This document shows positions 1-15,860 of a stretch of 64,000 nucleotides of DNA, one piece after another. Location of the stretch: assembly GCA_963693365.1 (NCBI GenBank), contig CAVNZM010000007.1, positions 1,969,979-2,033,978 of the forward strand, read 5' to 3'. Each line of letters begins with the position of its first letter. Position 1 is the stretch's first letter. Made by a program: the position numbers and the translations under genes. The notes beneath the pieces were generated by a model. The model did not search any database and was not told the origin of the DNA. It saw nothing but the letters and a program-made list of their open reading frames with translations. The stretch comes from Amoebidium appalachense. Its lineage: Eukaryota > Protista > Ichthyosporea.

Positions 1-968
1 ACAGCAGGAGAAATGTATCCTGCCAAAGCACCCAAAAAGCGATAATGATCAGTACGGTGTTGCCTAAGGAACATAACACATGCCGACTGAGTTTTACCTT
101 TGATCTCTCTATCAGAACGAGAAAGAAACTTATACTGCGTATGGTAATAACGCGAAAAGGCAGAAAAAACAGGAAGAGCAAAGAAAGAGGGAGTGAGATA
201 GCGAGAGGAAGAATCAGGTGGAAAGAGGGTAGGCTGAGGACATTCAGAAGTAGCGTTGGTGAATCGGGGGGGAAGAGGGATGGAGGGAGGGGGGGGAAAG
301 AAAGCATAAAGAGGGTGACCATCAGGTAGCCTAACTAAATGAAAACAAAAACGAAGAGACAAATCCTTCATACGACAAACAGCAGACGACAATCCAAACA
401 TACTGATTAAGGGAGGTACAAACCGAGTACGAAACAAAGTGCGTAGCGCAGTACCCTGAAAATCGTCGAACTCGTTCAGCGCCATTGCCGCCTCGCGAGG
501 TGGGGCGCAGGCCAATAGCGGAAGTCCATATTCGAAAGTCGGCCGTAGAATATTGGTCGGGTATAATGAAATTGTAGTTGGATATACCAATTAAGTTGGA
601 TATGATAAACTTATTTGTCATTGGATATGACAATCTTATGGTTGCATATAAACACACCACAACCGGCCACCAAAAAAAAACAAAAAAAAAAAAACGATTG
701 GCACTCTACAACAAGGGTTAGGGTTTGAAGCAAACCACATAGCATAGCTTGTGTCAAAAAAGTGTGTTAAAGTTAGGCTTGTGTTTCTACAAAAACTATA
801 CAAAATATCAGCCAGATATGGTCCGACAAACATTCAATTAATGTGATCACCTCTGATCAGTTAGTCTTCGTCTAGAACATGCAAATGCATTCCGGGGGGG
901 ATGTAATTGGGTGGAGGGCTAGCAGTAGGGGGGGGGGGGGGGGGGGGCAAAACTAAGTGCGCGAGGTT

Positions 969-1043
<75 letters not shown>

Positions 1044-1186
1044 GGGAGAGTTTGTGTCACAGAGCACGAAGCACAAAATCACAACCGAAAACACCAACAA
1101 GCTTTCGTAAGCAAGAACACACACAATCTATGGATCGTAAGTAGAGCCCATCCTCGCAGTGTGTCTATGTTTGTGTGCGTGTGTGT

Positions 1187-1240
<54 letters not shown>

Positions 1241-1258
1241 AGATGTCATCCACCGTAC

Positions 1259-4029
<2,771 letters not shown>

Positions 4030-4280
4030 CTGAGATCAACAAAGCAGGCGGTAAATATAAAAAAAATAATACAGGAAGCAAAAGAGAAAGGAGTCGTTGG
4101 TTGGTTCCCTACTTAACATTGTGTTGGAGTGGACAGAGGCATCTCACTTCTAAATACTGTTGGCTGGTGTTTAGGTGGCGTTTTCTGCTCTCTCTCTATT
4201 TTCCTTTTTTTTGCTTTGGCCCTTTTCCTTTTCTTTTCTTTTCTTTCTTTCGTTCTTTCTTTCTTTCTTTCTTTCTTTTT

Positions 4281-4346
<66 letters not shown>

Positions 4347-4505
4347 GCTACGTGGTGGGCCGGGGGTGTGGGGTCTGGGCGGGGGAAACTGCGGTCTAGA
4401 GGGGGTATGCCTTGGATTATTAATCGCAATAATTAAATTGCATTCTATTTTATTTTCGTTATTTTTTTTATTTTTTATTTTCTATTTTTTCTTTGGTGGG
4501 GGGGT

Positions 4506-4536
<31 letters not shown>

Positions 4537-4663
4537 AGGAGGGGAAGGGGGTGATGGGCAAAGGGAGAGAGGGAGAGAGGGAAGGTAAGTAAGCCACTGG
4601 CAGTCTGTCCCCGCTGTGTCATGCTTTCCCAAATATTAGGGGGGCGGCGGGGGGAGCGGCGGG

Positions 4664-4708
<45 letters not shown>

Positions 4709-4981
4709 TGGGGGAGTTACTGACTGGAGGTGCTAAAAGGTGGACAAAAAAGAAAGAAGGTGGAAACGTCGGCGGGCAAGTGAGACATGGGAGGGGGGAG
4801 GAGGGGGGTGGGGCGGAAAGGTGCCGGGTAGGGGAAGGGATGAGTTGGGACGGATGGAAAGTAGGGGGGGATTTGGAATCATGGGGTCAGGAGGCTGAAA
4901 AGGCGTGTTTGGAGAGAGCGAAAGTTTGATGGAAGACTGAAGTGAAGGTGGGTGTCAAAGAGGGGGGGGGGGGGGGGGGGG

Positions 4982-5018
<37 letters not shown>

Positions 5019-5412
5019 TCAAGCATGTAGATTAAAAGATGTGTCGAGATTGTAGGGGAGGAAGGGACCAGATGAGGAGGAGTTGGGGGGGGGGGGGGGG
5101 AGGCACAGAGGAGAGAGAGAAAAGAGGAGGGAGGGACGGAGGGAGGGAAGAAGGGGGAGGGAAGGAGGGAGAGAGGGAGCGAGGGAGAGACGAGAGGGGG
5201 GAAAGGGCGAGGGGGCGGGGGGGGAAGAAGAGAGAAAGCTTGAGAGCAAAAGAGGGGGGGGAGAGAGAGAGGGAGAGGGAGAGAGGGACAGGGTACAACG
5301 GAGGGAGGGAGGGAGGGCGGCGAGAAACGAGGGTGGGAGGAGATAGGGAGAGAGATGGAGAGAAAAAAAAGGATACATAAAGAGGGGAAGCGAAGAGAGA
5401 GATGAGGAAAGT

Positions 5413-5443
<31 letters not shown>

Positions 5444-5590
5444 AGGAGGGACAAAGAAAGAGAGCGAGAGAGAGGGGGAGGGAGGGAGGGAGAGAGAGTG
5501 AGAGCGAGAAAGAGAGAGAGAGGGAGGGAGAGGGGAGAGAGAGAGAGAGGGGGGGGGGGGAGAGAAAGAGACGAGAGAGAGAGAGAGAGG

Positions 5591-5746
<156 letters not shown>

Positions 5747-5830
5747 CACAGAGAGGGAGCGAGAGAGAAGAGTGGGGGGGAGAGAAGGGAGAGGGAGGGA
5801 GAGAGCGCGCGAAAGGGAGAGAGCGAGAGG

Positions 5831-5899
<69 letters not shown>

Positions 5900-5938
5900 T
5901 GTGTGTGTGTTTGTGTATGTGTATGTGTATGTGTGTAT

Positions 5939-5993
<55 letters not shown>

Positions 5994-6069
5994 GGTATGT
6001 CTTTGTGAAATTGCTTGAATAAAGGCAATGATAAGAAGCTGATGGGGAAAAACATGATGCCTGAGGAGT

Positions 6070-6135
<66 letters not shown>

Positions 6136-6883
6136 GTGTTGAGAGGGAAAGGTTATGTGCCTGTGTGTGGGGGGTGGGGGGGGGGGGGGGGGGGGGGATT
6201 CGGCGGGGGAGGGGCTGGGGGGGGGGGGGAGGGGGAGGGGTGAGGGGGGACAACGAAGTGTGGGCAATAAGTTAGATGAGCCAGGCCGACAGAGGAATGT
6301 AGGTGGGAGGGGATAGAAGGCATGGCCTTGGCGCGTCAAAGATCAAGCAAAGAGCTTAGAGGGTGAGATAGGTGCATATGGGAATAAGCAAAACAACAAA
6401 GAGAATCCAACAGAATCCCATCAGTGGCAGACTACTCTCAATACACAGCCTTCTATTTTCCACTTTGAAGTGTGCAGCATTGAAAAAGGAAAACAAGAAA
6501 AACCCTAAAGAAAAACAATCGGCTGTGAGGATTAAGTGCAGATAGAAACTTTAATCCCTAATTGATTTGGCAGAGGGGGAGATCAGAGGGGGAGGGCGTG
6601 CAGCAGTAAAGGGAGGAAGGGATGAGGCACGAGGGGTAGATTGTGGGTGTGTAGTGTGTTTGGGAAGCCCGGGGGGGGGGGGGGGGGGGGGGGGTAAAGG
6701 GGAAAGGAGAGGGGGCTTAAAGAAGGAAAAGGGAGGGGGGGAACGGGGGGTTAGGTGTGTATTGAACAAAGGACACGGAAGGTAGATATGACGACACTGC
6801 CTGGAGAAAGAGGTTTACTGCAACGGGAAACACGGGAAACGTGGGAAGAGGAGGGGACGAGTGCAGGGATACGTTTACACTAC

Positions 6884-8319
6884 CTGCTTCTTCGCCGAAA
6901 ACCCCGCAAAGTCTATCAGCGGTAACTCCAACGTTTGCGCAAGAGTCCGAGCCATGTGAGCAGCAGAAGTACCTTTGCCTACAACTATCACCGTCAAGCA
7001 GGCCAAATCTTCTTGCACCGTGTTCTGGACATACAAGCCACCACCATGGATGAGTGCCAGAACAGACGGATGCAGAACGGATGCTGGAATGTCCGTCCCT
7101 GCCTGGATAGCCAACCGGATGGCTGTTGAGGTGACGTTTTCCGTATCGCTAAGAAGTGGAGAGAGAGGGATGGGGGGGGGGGGGGGGGGGGGGGGGAGGG
7201 GTTAATCATACTGTTCTAGGGACATTGTGTGACGCATGATGGTGCTGTGCGAGAAACTAATATTCTTGTTTTCAGCCAATAACTCTTTTCCAACACAACA
7301 GATGGCCATCAAGCTCTGAGAACAACGAGCAAAAAGAAGAAACACAAGACAACTTCATGCAGACATCAGCAGCTCCAGAACACAGGTGCGTGGGTGTCTT
7401 TACCTGTAGTTGAAGGCGTGTTCGTGTACAAACTCACAGCAAGGCTCCTCCGATATCTTCTGCTTGCCGTTCCCTCACTGGAAAACAGTCACGTCAAACC
7501 CATGTTGCTGTGTGCGTAATCGGATATAGCCAACAGTGGGTCCAAGGGTCTCGAGTCTAATCAGAAAACTCGTCGGATCGCGAATGCGCTGGATGTTTGG
7601 TAGAAGATCGGGTATGTTGGCTTCTTGTTTCTGGTTTGCCGTTAGAGAGATGGGACGAGAGAAGTACCATTCCAGGTCGTCATCCCCTCCAACGAGGAAG
7701 GTAACCCTCATGTCCTTGTTGTGCTCGCGCAATCCAGAAGCCAACCAAGCAGAAACATATTCCAAGCCCACTGTCTCGTCAACATCGATGCGCATGGTCC
7801 CTGGATTATGGAAAACTGACATCCGGAGTCGTCCTCGGTCCGTATACGCTGCATGAGCAACCTCTTCCGTGTGCCCAGGTCAGTAGCATACGGTTTTCGT
7901 GGGTCGAAGGACATGGGCACAAAAAGAATGTGGTATAATCCTTCGCTCTGCAGCGCAGCGGCGTGACGGGCGATTCGGACGTGGTTTTCGTGAACAGGGT
8001 CAAAGGTGCCAAAAAAGACTCCAACGCCCCTGCAGTTCTCCACCCAGGAGAACTTGGGGAAAGTTAACCTCATGTTTAAACCACCGAAACCACCGAAACC
8101 ACCGTTTACGTCCATAGTGTGCACGTTTGCTACTTAGAGTAGCTCTCTTGTTCTAAAAAGGTTGCAAGCCCGCCCACAGAAACAGGAACATGGGCGGCTA
8201 CAGGATGTCTTCAGTAAGTTCCCTAAAAAGTGTGAGGCTAATAGAACAACCCCATTCAGTGCTTCTGACAAGTCTGCGCAACAAATTGATTCATGTGATT
8301 GGATGGGGAAAAGAAACAT
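6884..8319 (-). pseudogene. NadD/NMNAT-like nucleotidyltransferase with C-terminal degenerate P-loop-kinase-like segment; frameshift and premature stops
   Basis: Motifs in order: GVFFGTFDPVHENH (HxGH-like), TFLVGGD, then after intron 7403-7149 VTSTAIRLAIQAG...VLALIHGGGLY (SSTxIR motif and LY end), then IVVGKGTSAAHMARTLAQTLELPLID. Lesions: frameshift near 7820-7830, in-frame TGA 7475-7477, in-frame TAA 8134-8136. Confidence 0.7.
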
Positions 8320-9046
8320 TCGCCGATGATCCCAGAAGTTTACACCCCAGCAGACTACTCCAATACCCGTTAACCCACATGGAATTGCATGTCTAGATGC
8401 TCATAGCTAAGTTTTAAAAGCAGATGCCGTTTCTTGTTTTTAGCAAAGGGGGATCAATGTCGTGAGCTAAGATGTCACTTGAAACAAGAGTGGGTTTGTG
8501 TTCAAGAAAAGAAAGTGGCGCGACAAGTGACAATCGCGCGGCCCGGAAATAAGTTGGCGGCACCTGCCAAATTTGGAACCATGAAAGGATTACGTGATCA
8601 CGCTAGCGGCTGAAGGCATCACGTGACTTCAGAACTGCACATACGACCATATGAAACTGCTGCAGCCCGGTCTGCCCTTTTTTTTCCATATACAGAATAC
8701 AAAACAGCCATAATTTATTGTTATCAAATTTTTCTGAGAAATGCTTATCTATATGCATAAATGACATCAAAGTTACGTGCTTCATTCCGGCGCACGCAAC
8801 CGTTTGCGCCTCACAGTGCACGTGAGGATCATTGTATGACGTCACAACTTTTCCGGTCGTGGATGAACTCCGGGTGTTATAATCCTTGCCCTCAGAACAA
8901 AAGTAGCTGTGTAAATGGCGAGAAAAAATAAATTTAAAAAATGGTGATTAGGCTGGGCATATTCCTATATGAATTGAAACTGAAACATATGTGTACAGAG
9001 CGAAGCCAGGTGCAGCCCGGCCCGGCAAAAGCAGTGAAAGCGCGGC

Positions 9047-9241
9047 GATTGGTCGGCTACCGTTAAAGATTCGGCCTTTCGATTGGCGATCAGCTAAACT
9101 AATTAAAGAACACAAAATAAACCGAAGTCCTCCAACTGGGACTTCTTATTAGCAAAGTGCCCTTTATAGTAGCTCAATGTTAATAATAATGCAGCATATA
9201 AAATTAATCTTTAACAATGGAATTTAGAGTGTTTTATATAA
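9047..9241 (+). promoter_or_regulatory. Putative core promoter of the GPI-protein gene (reverse CCAAT boxes and TATA)
   Basis: GATTGG at ~9047 and ~9081; TTATATAA at ~9234, about 45 bp before ATG 9285. Confidence 0.45.
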
Positions 9242-9284
9242 GCAGATTCCACCTCAACTCTTCATCCCAGTAAAACATAACATC

Positions 9285-11597
9285 ATGGGTAGACTATTTT
9301 CCGCTTTGGCTCTGTGCGTAGCCGTTTTATCAGCAGGCACCCTGTGCGATGCCAAAGCCGGTGGTGGTGGCGGTGGCGGTGGAAAGGGAGGTAGCAGTGG
9401 TGGAGGAAGCAAGGGAGGCTCTACAGGCGGAGGAAGCAAGGGGGGTTCTACACTTCCGAGCAAAGGGACCGGATGGTCGAGTGGGGGTTCTTCGAAAACG
9501 TGGACCAGTGGAAGTGGTTTCGGGGGCACCAAGCTAGGGAAAGGTACTTCTGGTTACAAGGGAGGGTCACTGGCTAAAAGGGGCTCTGAGGGTGCCTACC
9601 GGCCGGCATCAGCTCTTGCTTTGGGGGGTTTGATGGGAATGGGATTTTATGGCTACGGAATGCTTTTACCACATTACCACTATCCCTACTATTACACCGG
9701 GTACAGGAACACGACGCATAAGATTGTTACAGAGGAGCTTGCCATGGTCAAGCAGAATTTCAACACGCCAAACTGCACGGGCGAGTATGCATGGGGCGCA
9801 ATGATCACTTATGAATACTGCGATACCTACTATGAGGGGGGCACACCTGTAAGTGCAGTGATGTATGCGCTGAACACCACACACACCCGGTATGCCTTCT
9901 ACAACAACACCAACGGTTCGTGTCCAAATACAACGGCACCAACAGAGTATCAGGACTTCACTCCCTACAGCTGCCTTCAGAATACGGTGAGTCTTTTTCT
10001 GGCCATGGACACTCCATTTTCTGGAACGACATTCCTGGTGAACCTACGTTCTCTGGTGCCCCTCTGTGCTTTTTTTCTTTCTATTGTCATCCCCCCTCCC
10101 CCCCCACCCCACCCCCTCCCCCCTGTCCCCGCCTTCCTCTCCTCTGTGCTTTTTTTCTTTCTATTGTCATCCCCCCTCCCCCCCACCCCACCCCCTCCCC
10201 CCTGTCCCCGCCTTCCTCTCCTCTTCTTCTGCCCCCCGCTCGCTCTCCCCCTTCCCTCCTCACCCTCTTCCCTTTCTAGTCAATCTATATTCTGGGACGA
10301 GATTCCTAACATGTAATCGTACTTTTTCTGGTGCTCATCTGTGCTCTTGTTCTATCTTGTCAACCCTCCCCCCCCCCCTGCACCCTTCCCCCCCCCCCTT
10401 CCCCCCGCCGCGCCCCCCCCCCCCCCCCCCCCCCGGGGCCCCCTCTTCCGTTTCTCCTCCCTTCCACTCCTCAGCTCCTCGCCCTTATCCCTTGATGGCA
10501 GCCACCACCATGACCAACACTCGTGTTGCACCAGAAAAATATGCACCTTAGAGTCAATGAGCGCAAAACTAACATATAATCCTGTTGGTCAACTCAATCT
10601 TCCCTCTTTCACCACCAGGGGTCTACTGGGAGCCATAGATGGGTCGTCGCCAAGATGTCCCCCGGCTGGTACAACGCCGCCCAGAACTCCCAAAACGGCA
10701 CAGTGAGGAGAATGACGTTCAATTCTTCCGTGCAGGCAGATAGCACCTGCCCGTCTGTGGCCACAACAGATAGCATTGCCACGGTAGAGTTTTTGAACCA
10801 GTGCATGCTAGAAGATTCCATCAGAGAATACTGGTTCAAAAACGGCACGACCTATACTGTGACTGAAACACCAGAGGAGCAGCTTGCAAGGATGCGACTG
10901 ACAAACCCAACGTATGTTCCCAAGTATGTGATGACCTGGCGAACGAAAAACGATGCCGACATTCTCATTAGGGGTATATACAACGATGCGAACTGCACAT
11001 TGCTAACACAGCCCCTCGAGGGATATTGGGTGGGTGATTGCTTCGAGACGAGTGGGACGGGTTCCGGAGCCCAGGCACAGGCGATGGTTGTCGACCTTGC
11101 TGGTAAGAGGTGTGGTTTGTGATGGTGTTGGATGTGTGTATGTGTGTGGGCGGGGGTTAGTTCTAGCTATCTATGTCAATGTTTTGCGTGTTTCGGAGAT
11201 TGAAGATTAGATGAGCAAGGTGAGGGAAGGACTCGGGGCAATCGGAAGGGGGTGTGGTTTTGTTTTGGTGCGCAAGACTGAATGAAGAGGGTCTGAGATC
11301 TATTCAAAGTGGGGGCAGTGGGAAGGGGAACCAAGCATTGGTTCGAAGAGGAGAGACAAGGTTTCTGGTCAGGCGTGGGGGGGGAGGGGGGGGGAGGCGG
11401 GAGGCGGGAGGCGGGGGGGATGCGTCGGGGAGTGTTTCGTTGCTTCTGCGTTTTGCCTAACATCTATGAGCACAGGGCTCCTTTTTCCAACTCCTCCTTT
11501 CCTAGTGATAATATTTGCATTTTCTGTCCTCCCTCCCCCTCCCCCCCCCCCTCCCAACACACACACACGCACACTGCTTCTCCCCCTCCTCCTCCTC

Positions 11598-11651
<54 letters not shown>

Positions 11652-12246
11652 ACCAAAATGCCCACCTCAGCCTAGGTATCCCACTCCAGCAAGCATGCAA
11701 ATTGTTCTGCCCCCTCTCTCCCCCCCCCCTTCCCATTAGCACCACCACCACGACGACCCAAACACGCACATACAAAACACCATCACGCAATTGGTTTATC
11801 CACCCAACCCTTTAATTTCCCAACCAAGCCAGCCCACCGGATACCACAACACACAAAAATACAGGCATACACACACACATACACGTACATGTACCCCCAT
11901 TTTTTTTGTATGTGCACATGCAACAGTCAGGTGAATACATGAGCACATGCACACAGCCCATAGGCATAAACATGCGCACACATACACAGACACACAACTT
12001 AGGGTACAAATACACACACACACACACACTTACACTCACCTGCAAGAACTTCTTGCTCTCACTATGCATGCAAAACAGACACGCTCTCACAATATGCTGT
12101 CCCTGCAAACAGGCAATAATTCTGACACGTTCTTTATTACAGAACCAGGAGCGACGTCGACACCCTCGGCAGCCAATGAAATCCACGTACACAGCCCGGT
12201 GATCATTGCTATGTCTGCTGTGGCCCTAGTACTTTCCATGGTGTAA
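9285..12246 (+). CDS. Secreted GPI-anchored glycoprotein (~429 aa): Gly/Lys-rich N-terminus, hydrophobic core, Cys modules
   Basis: Exons 9285-9986, 10619-11102 and 12143-12246 (GT-AG, phases 0 and 1) give a 1290-nt open frame. Signal peptide MGRLFSALALCVAVLSAGTLCDA, many NxS/T sites, and C-terminal PSAA...VIIAMSAVALVLSMV GPI-type signal. Confidence 0.85.
10062..10220. repeat. Intronic ~80-bp tandem duplication
   Basis: cctctgtgctttttttctttctattgtcatcccc...ctgtccccgccttcctct occurs at ~10062 and ~10141. An older diverged copy of the neighbouring sequence lies at ~10287-10360. Confidence 0.75.
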
Positions 12247-13110
12247 ATTTGCAGCAAAATCTCGGTTTGCAATACCTACCGGTGCGATTGGTTTGTATGT
12301 ATATAACTGAAACATTGACTGGTGTATTTGGTATTTATAATTCATTCCGGGTTGTTGGTGCCGGGTGTTGTAGGTTTTCTGGCTATCGATGGGAGACGTG
12401 TGTATGTAGGTGTGTACATGCAAGTTTAGGGCCCTAAAGATGTGCAATCTCAGAAATGAATGGATGATGAGATCCGAGCTCTTCGCTAGTGTTGTGTTAG
12501 AATGTAAATTAGATATAACACGAGATATACCGGATTGTGCGTGGGTAATACTATAGTTTCACGTAAGAGTGAACAATGTATAGGATGGTTCTACACTTGA
12601 CCTTTGTTTGTTGTTATGGTGTTCGAAGTCACCCAAACCAGCAGGGGATTTAAGCCCCAGAATGCAACTGATTTAGTATGGCTGCGGAAATAGCAAGTAG
12701 AAGTAGCAAAAAAAAAGTTTAAACGCATATACGATTGGAAAGTGGCCCGTGAAAGATCCTCCCCCCTTAAATACCCCCCCCCCCTCCCCCCCCCCCCCCC
12801 CCCCCCCTTAAACACACACACGCACACCACCACCACCACCACACACACACACACACACACACGTGACACACACACACACACCGATCCCGAAACAAACCCT
12901 CCCGTGGATGGAATGGAAATTATGAATGGGAGGTCAACCCCCCCCCCCCCCCTCCCCCCTTTTTTTAAAACAAAAAAAAAAAAAAAAAAAGATATTATGA
13001 ACCCCTCTGATCATAGTGCCTTTTAGTGTTCCATGCCTGCACGTGTCTTTGGTTTCCTGTTTTCTTTCTTTCTTTTTTCTTGTTTCCTTTTTTCCTTTTT
13101 TTTTTTTTTT

Positions 13111-13151
<41 letters not shown>

Positions 13152-13436
13152 CTTTACAGATCTTGCCTCGATGGGTCCCCCAAGGCGGCTACTCGTACGG
13201 TACATCATTACCCCTCCCCCCCCCCCCCCTCCCCCCCTCCCCCCGGGCCTGCCCGCCCGTGTTATCCGACCTTTGAACACACTATGCCCCTCCCCACCCC
13301 TCTCTGTCTACCTTTCATAATATGGTGTTCAAATATCACCCACATCATACAAGTGTCCGCGTTGATCCTGCTGATGATGTGAAGTATGCGTGCCTATGTC
13401 TGTTGTGTATGTATGCCGTTAGTGTTTCAAGTATCT

Positions 13437-13501
<65 letters not shown>

Positions 13502-13504
<3 letters not shown>

Positions 13505-13595
13505 GCTACCGAAAGGAGTTTCGGGTGTCTGGGGACGGTCAAACGCTGCCATCAAAAGGTATGGCCCGTACCGGGGAGGTGGTGTATGTATATAT

Positions 13596-13653
<58 letters not shown>

Positions 13654-13760
13654 CGTTGCTACCGAAAGGAGTTTCGGGTGTCTGGGGACGGTCAAACGCT
13701 GCCATCAAAAGGTATGGCCCGTACCGGGGAGGTGGTGTATGTATATATGTGTGTGTGTGT

Positions 13761-13792
<32 letters not shown>

Positions 13793-13885
13793 CGTTGCTA
13801 CCGAAAGGAGTTTCGGGTGTCTGGGGACGGTCAAACGCTGCCATCAAAAGGTATGGCCCGTACCGGGGAGGTGGTGTATGTATAT

Positions 13886-13949
<64 letters not shown>

Positions 13950-14044
13950 CGTTGCTACCGAAAGGAGTTTCGGGTGTCTGGGGACGGTCAAACGCTGCCA
14001 TCAAAAGGTATGGCCCGTACCGGGGAGGTGGTGTATGTATATAT

Positions 14045-14089
<45 letters not shown>

Positions 14090-14184
14090 CGTTGCTACCG
14101 AAAGGAGTTTCGGGTGTCTGGGGACGGTCAAACGCTGCCATCAAAAGGTATGGCCCGTACCGGGGAGGTGGTGTATGTATATAT

Positions 14185-14230
<46 letters not shown>

Positions 14231-14325
14231 CGTTGCTACCGAAAGGAGTTTCGGGTGTCTGGGGACGGTCAAACGCTGCCATCAAAAGGTATGGCCCGTA
14301 CCGGGGAGGTGGTGTATGTATATGT

Positions 14326-14378
<53 letters not shown>

Positions 14379-14486
14379 CGTTGCTACCGAAAGGAGTTTC
14401 GGGTGTCTGGGGACGGTCAAACGCTGCCATCAAAAGGTATGGCCCGTACCGGGGGAGGTGGTGTATGTATATATGTGTGTGTGTGT

Positions 14487-14519
<33 letters not shown>

Positions 14520-14634
14520 CGTTGCTACCGAAAGGAGTTTCGGGTGTCTGGGGACGGTCAAACGCTGCCATCAAAAGGTATGGCCCGTACCGGGGGAGGT
14601 GGTGTATGTATATATGTGTGTGTGTGTGTGGGGT

Positions 14635-14672
<38 letters not shown>

Positions 14673-14771
14673 CGTTGCTACCGAAAGGAGTTTCGGGTGT
14701 CTGGGGACGGTCAAACGCTGCCATCAAAAGGTATGGCCCGTACCGGGGAGGTGGTGTATGTATATATGTGT

Positions 14772-14837
<66 letters not shown>

Positions 14838-14935
14838 ACCGAAAGGAGTTTCGGGTGTCTGGGGACGGTCAAACGCTGCCATCAAAAGGTATGGCCCGTA
14901 CCGGGGAGGTGGTGTATGTGTATATGTGTGTGTGT
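13502..14935. repeat. Tandem array of 10 near-identical ~90-bp cores, each followed by (GT)n and a poly-G tract
   Basis: Core gttgctaccgaaaggagtttcgggtgtctggggacggtcaaacgctgccatcaaaaggtatggcccgtaccggggaggtggtgtatg starts at 13502, 13655, 13794, 13951, 14091, 14232, 14380, 14521, 14674 and ~14837 (5'-truncated). Confidence 0.95.
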
Positions 14936-15828
14936 GGGGGGGGGGGGAGGGGGGGGGGGGGGGGGGGGGTAGGAGGTTCCATGACCCGAAAAAATGCTGT
15001 CCCACAAACAAGCGGGAAGACAATGAATGATCGTTCTCACCCAGTTGCATTGGTGCAGGTGGGTGACCTGCCCTTTTTGACTGCTGCAGACACACAGTGA
15101 CTGCAGCTCTATAGGGACCATAGAGTAGCGATACAAGTTTGAGTGGCTATTAGGTCATCCCTGAAGTTGTTGCTGCATGAATGTGCCATATACCCTCAGG
15201 CTGGTTTGTTTCGAAAAGAACCGGTTTAAAAAAATCTTCTTTGTTTTATTGTAGTCCTCCTACCGGCGTAGATGAGGCTAGTCCGAGGACCATTTTGGGT
15301 GATTAATGAGCTGTCTGTTTGCTCATTTTTAACCTTCACTGACAAATGTTTGCATGGCAGTCCCCACGTGCATCTTCAACCCCTGAGTCCTCCCTCCCCC
15401 CCCCCCCCCTCCCCCGGCCAGGCGCCTCAACATGCACACGCACCCACGGACGCACTCACGCACACGCGCACCCACAACGCACCTGCGCACGCACACATGC
15501 ACATCGTGGCACACACACACACACACACACACACACATTCACATTACGCACGCACAACACACACAGCCGCAGAAGCTCCGCCTTTTCTGGCGCTCCTAGC
15601 CTACCCAGAATGCGTCATGAGTGGAAATACAACAACAAGAAAAAAAAACTTTCATCACAAGCCCAAAATCCCCTTCACGAATACCATAGTGCCCCCCCCC
15701 CCCCCCCCCCCCAAAAAAACCAAAAAAAAAACCACCTCCCCACCTCTTATCCCCTCCCGCAGCTGCCCTTCCTTTCTTCTTGTTTCCCACAAACTTCTCA
15801 GGCTAGCACCCACTACGAGTACATCTCC

Positions 15829-15860
<32 letters not shown>

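Noticed and set aside
713-725. Telomeric TTAGGG-like sequence
   Set aside because: Only about two units, compatible with chance.
8134-8400. Alternative genetic code (TAA/TAG read as Gln) suggested by in-frame stops
   Set aside because: Intact genes in the window terminate at TAA, TAG and TGA, and a frameshift in the same locus points to decay.
9987-10316. C-terminal part of the 343-aa ORF 9285-10316
   Set aside because: Read-through into intron 1 (gtgagt donor at 9987); the sequence is poly-C low complexity.
13502-13590. Hammerhead ribozyme in the repeat unit (minus strand has ttgatgg and cgaaac)
   Set aside because: The CUGAUGA core has two mismatches and I could not form stem II between the motifs.
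13502-14935. CRISPR array
   Set aside because: The repeats are ~90 bp, the spacers are only (GT)n and poly-G rather than unique sequence, no cas genes are present, and the context is eukaryotic.
13322-15100. 500-590-aa ORFs in three frames
   Set aside because: A by-product of a stop-free tandem unit plus G runs; the frame changes from unit to unit.
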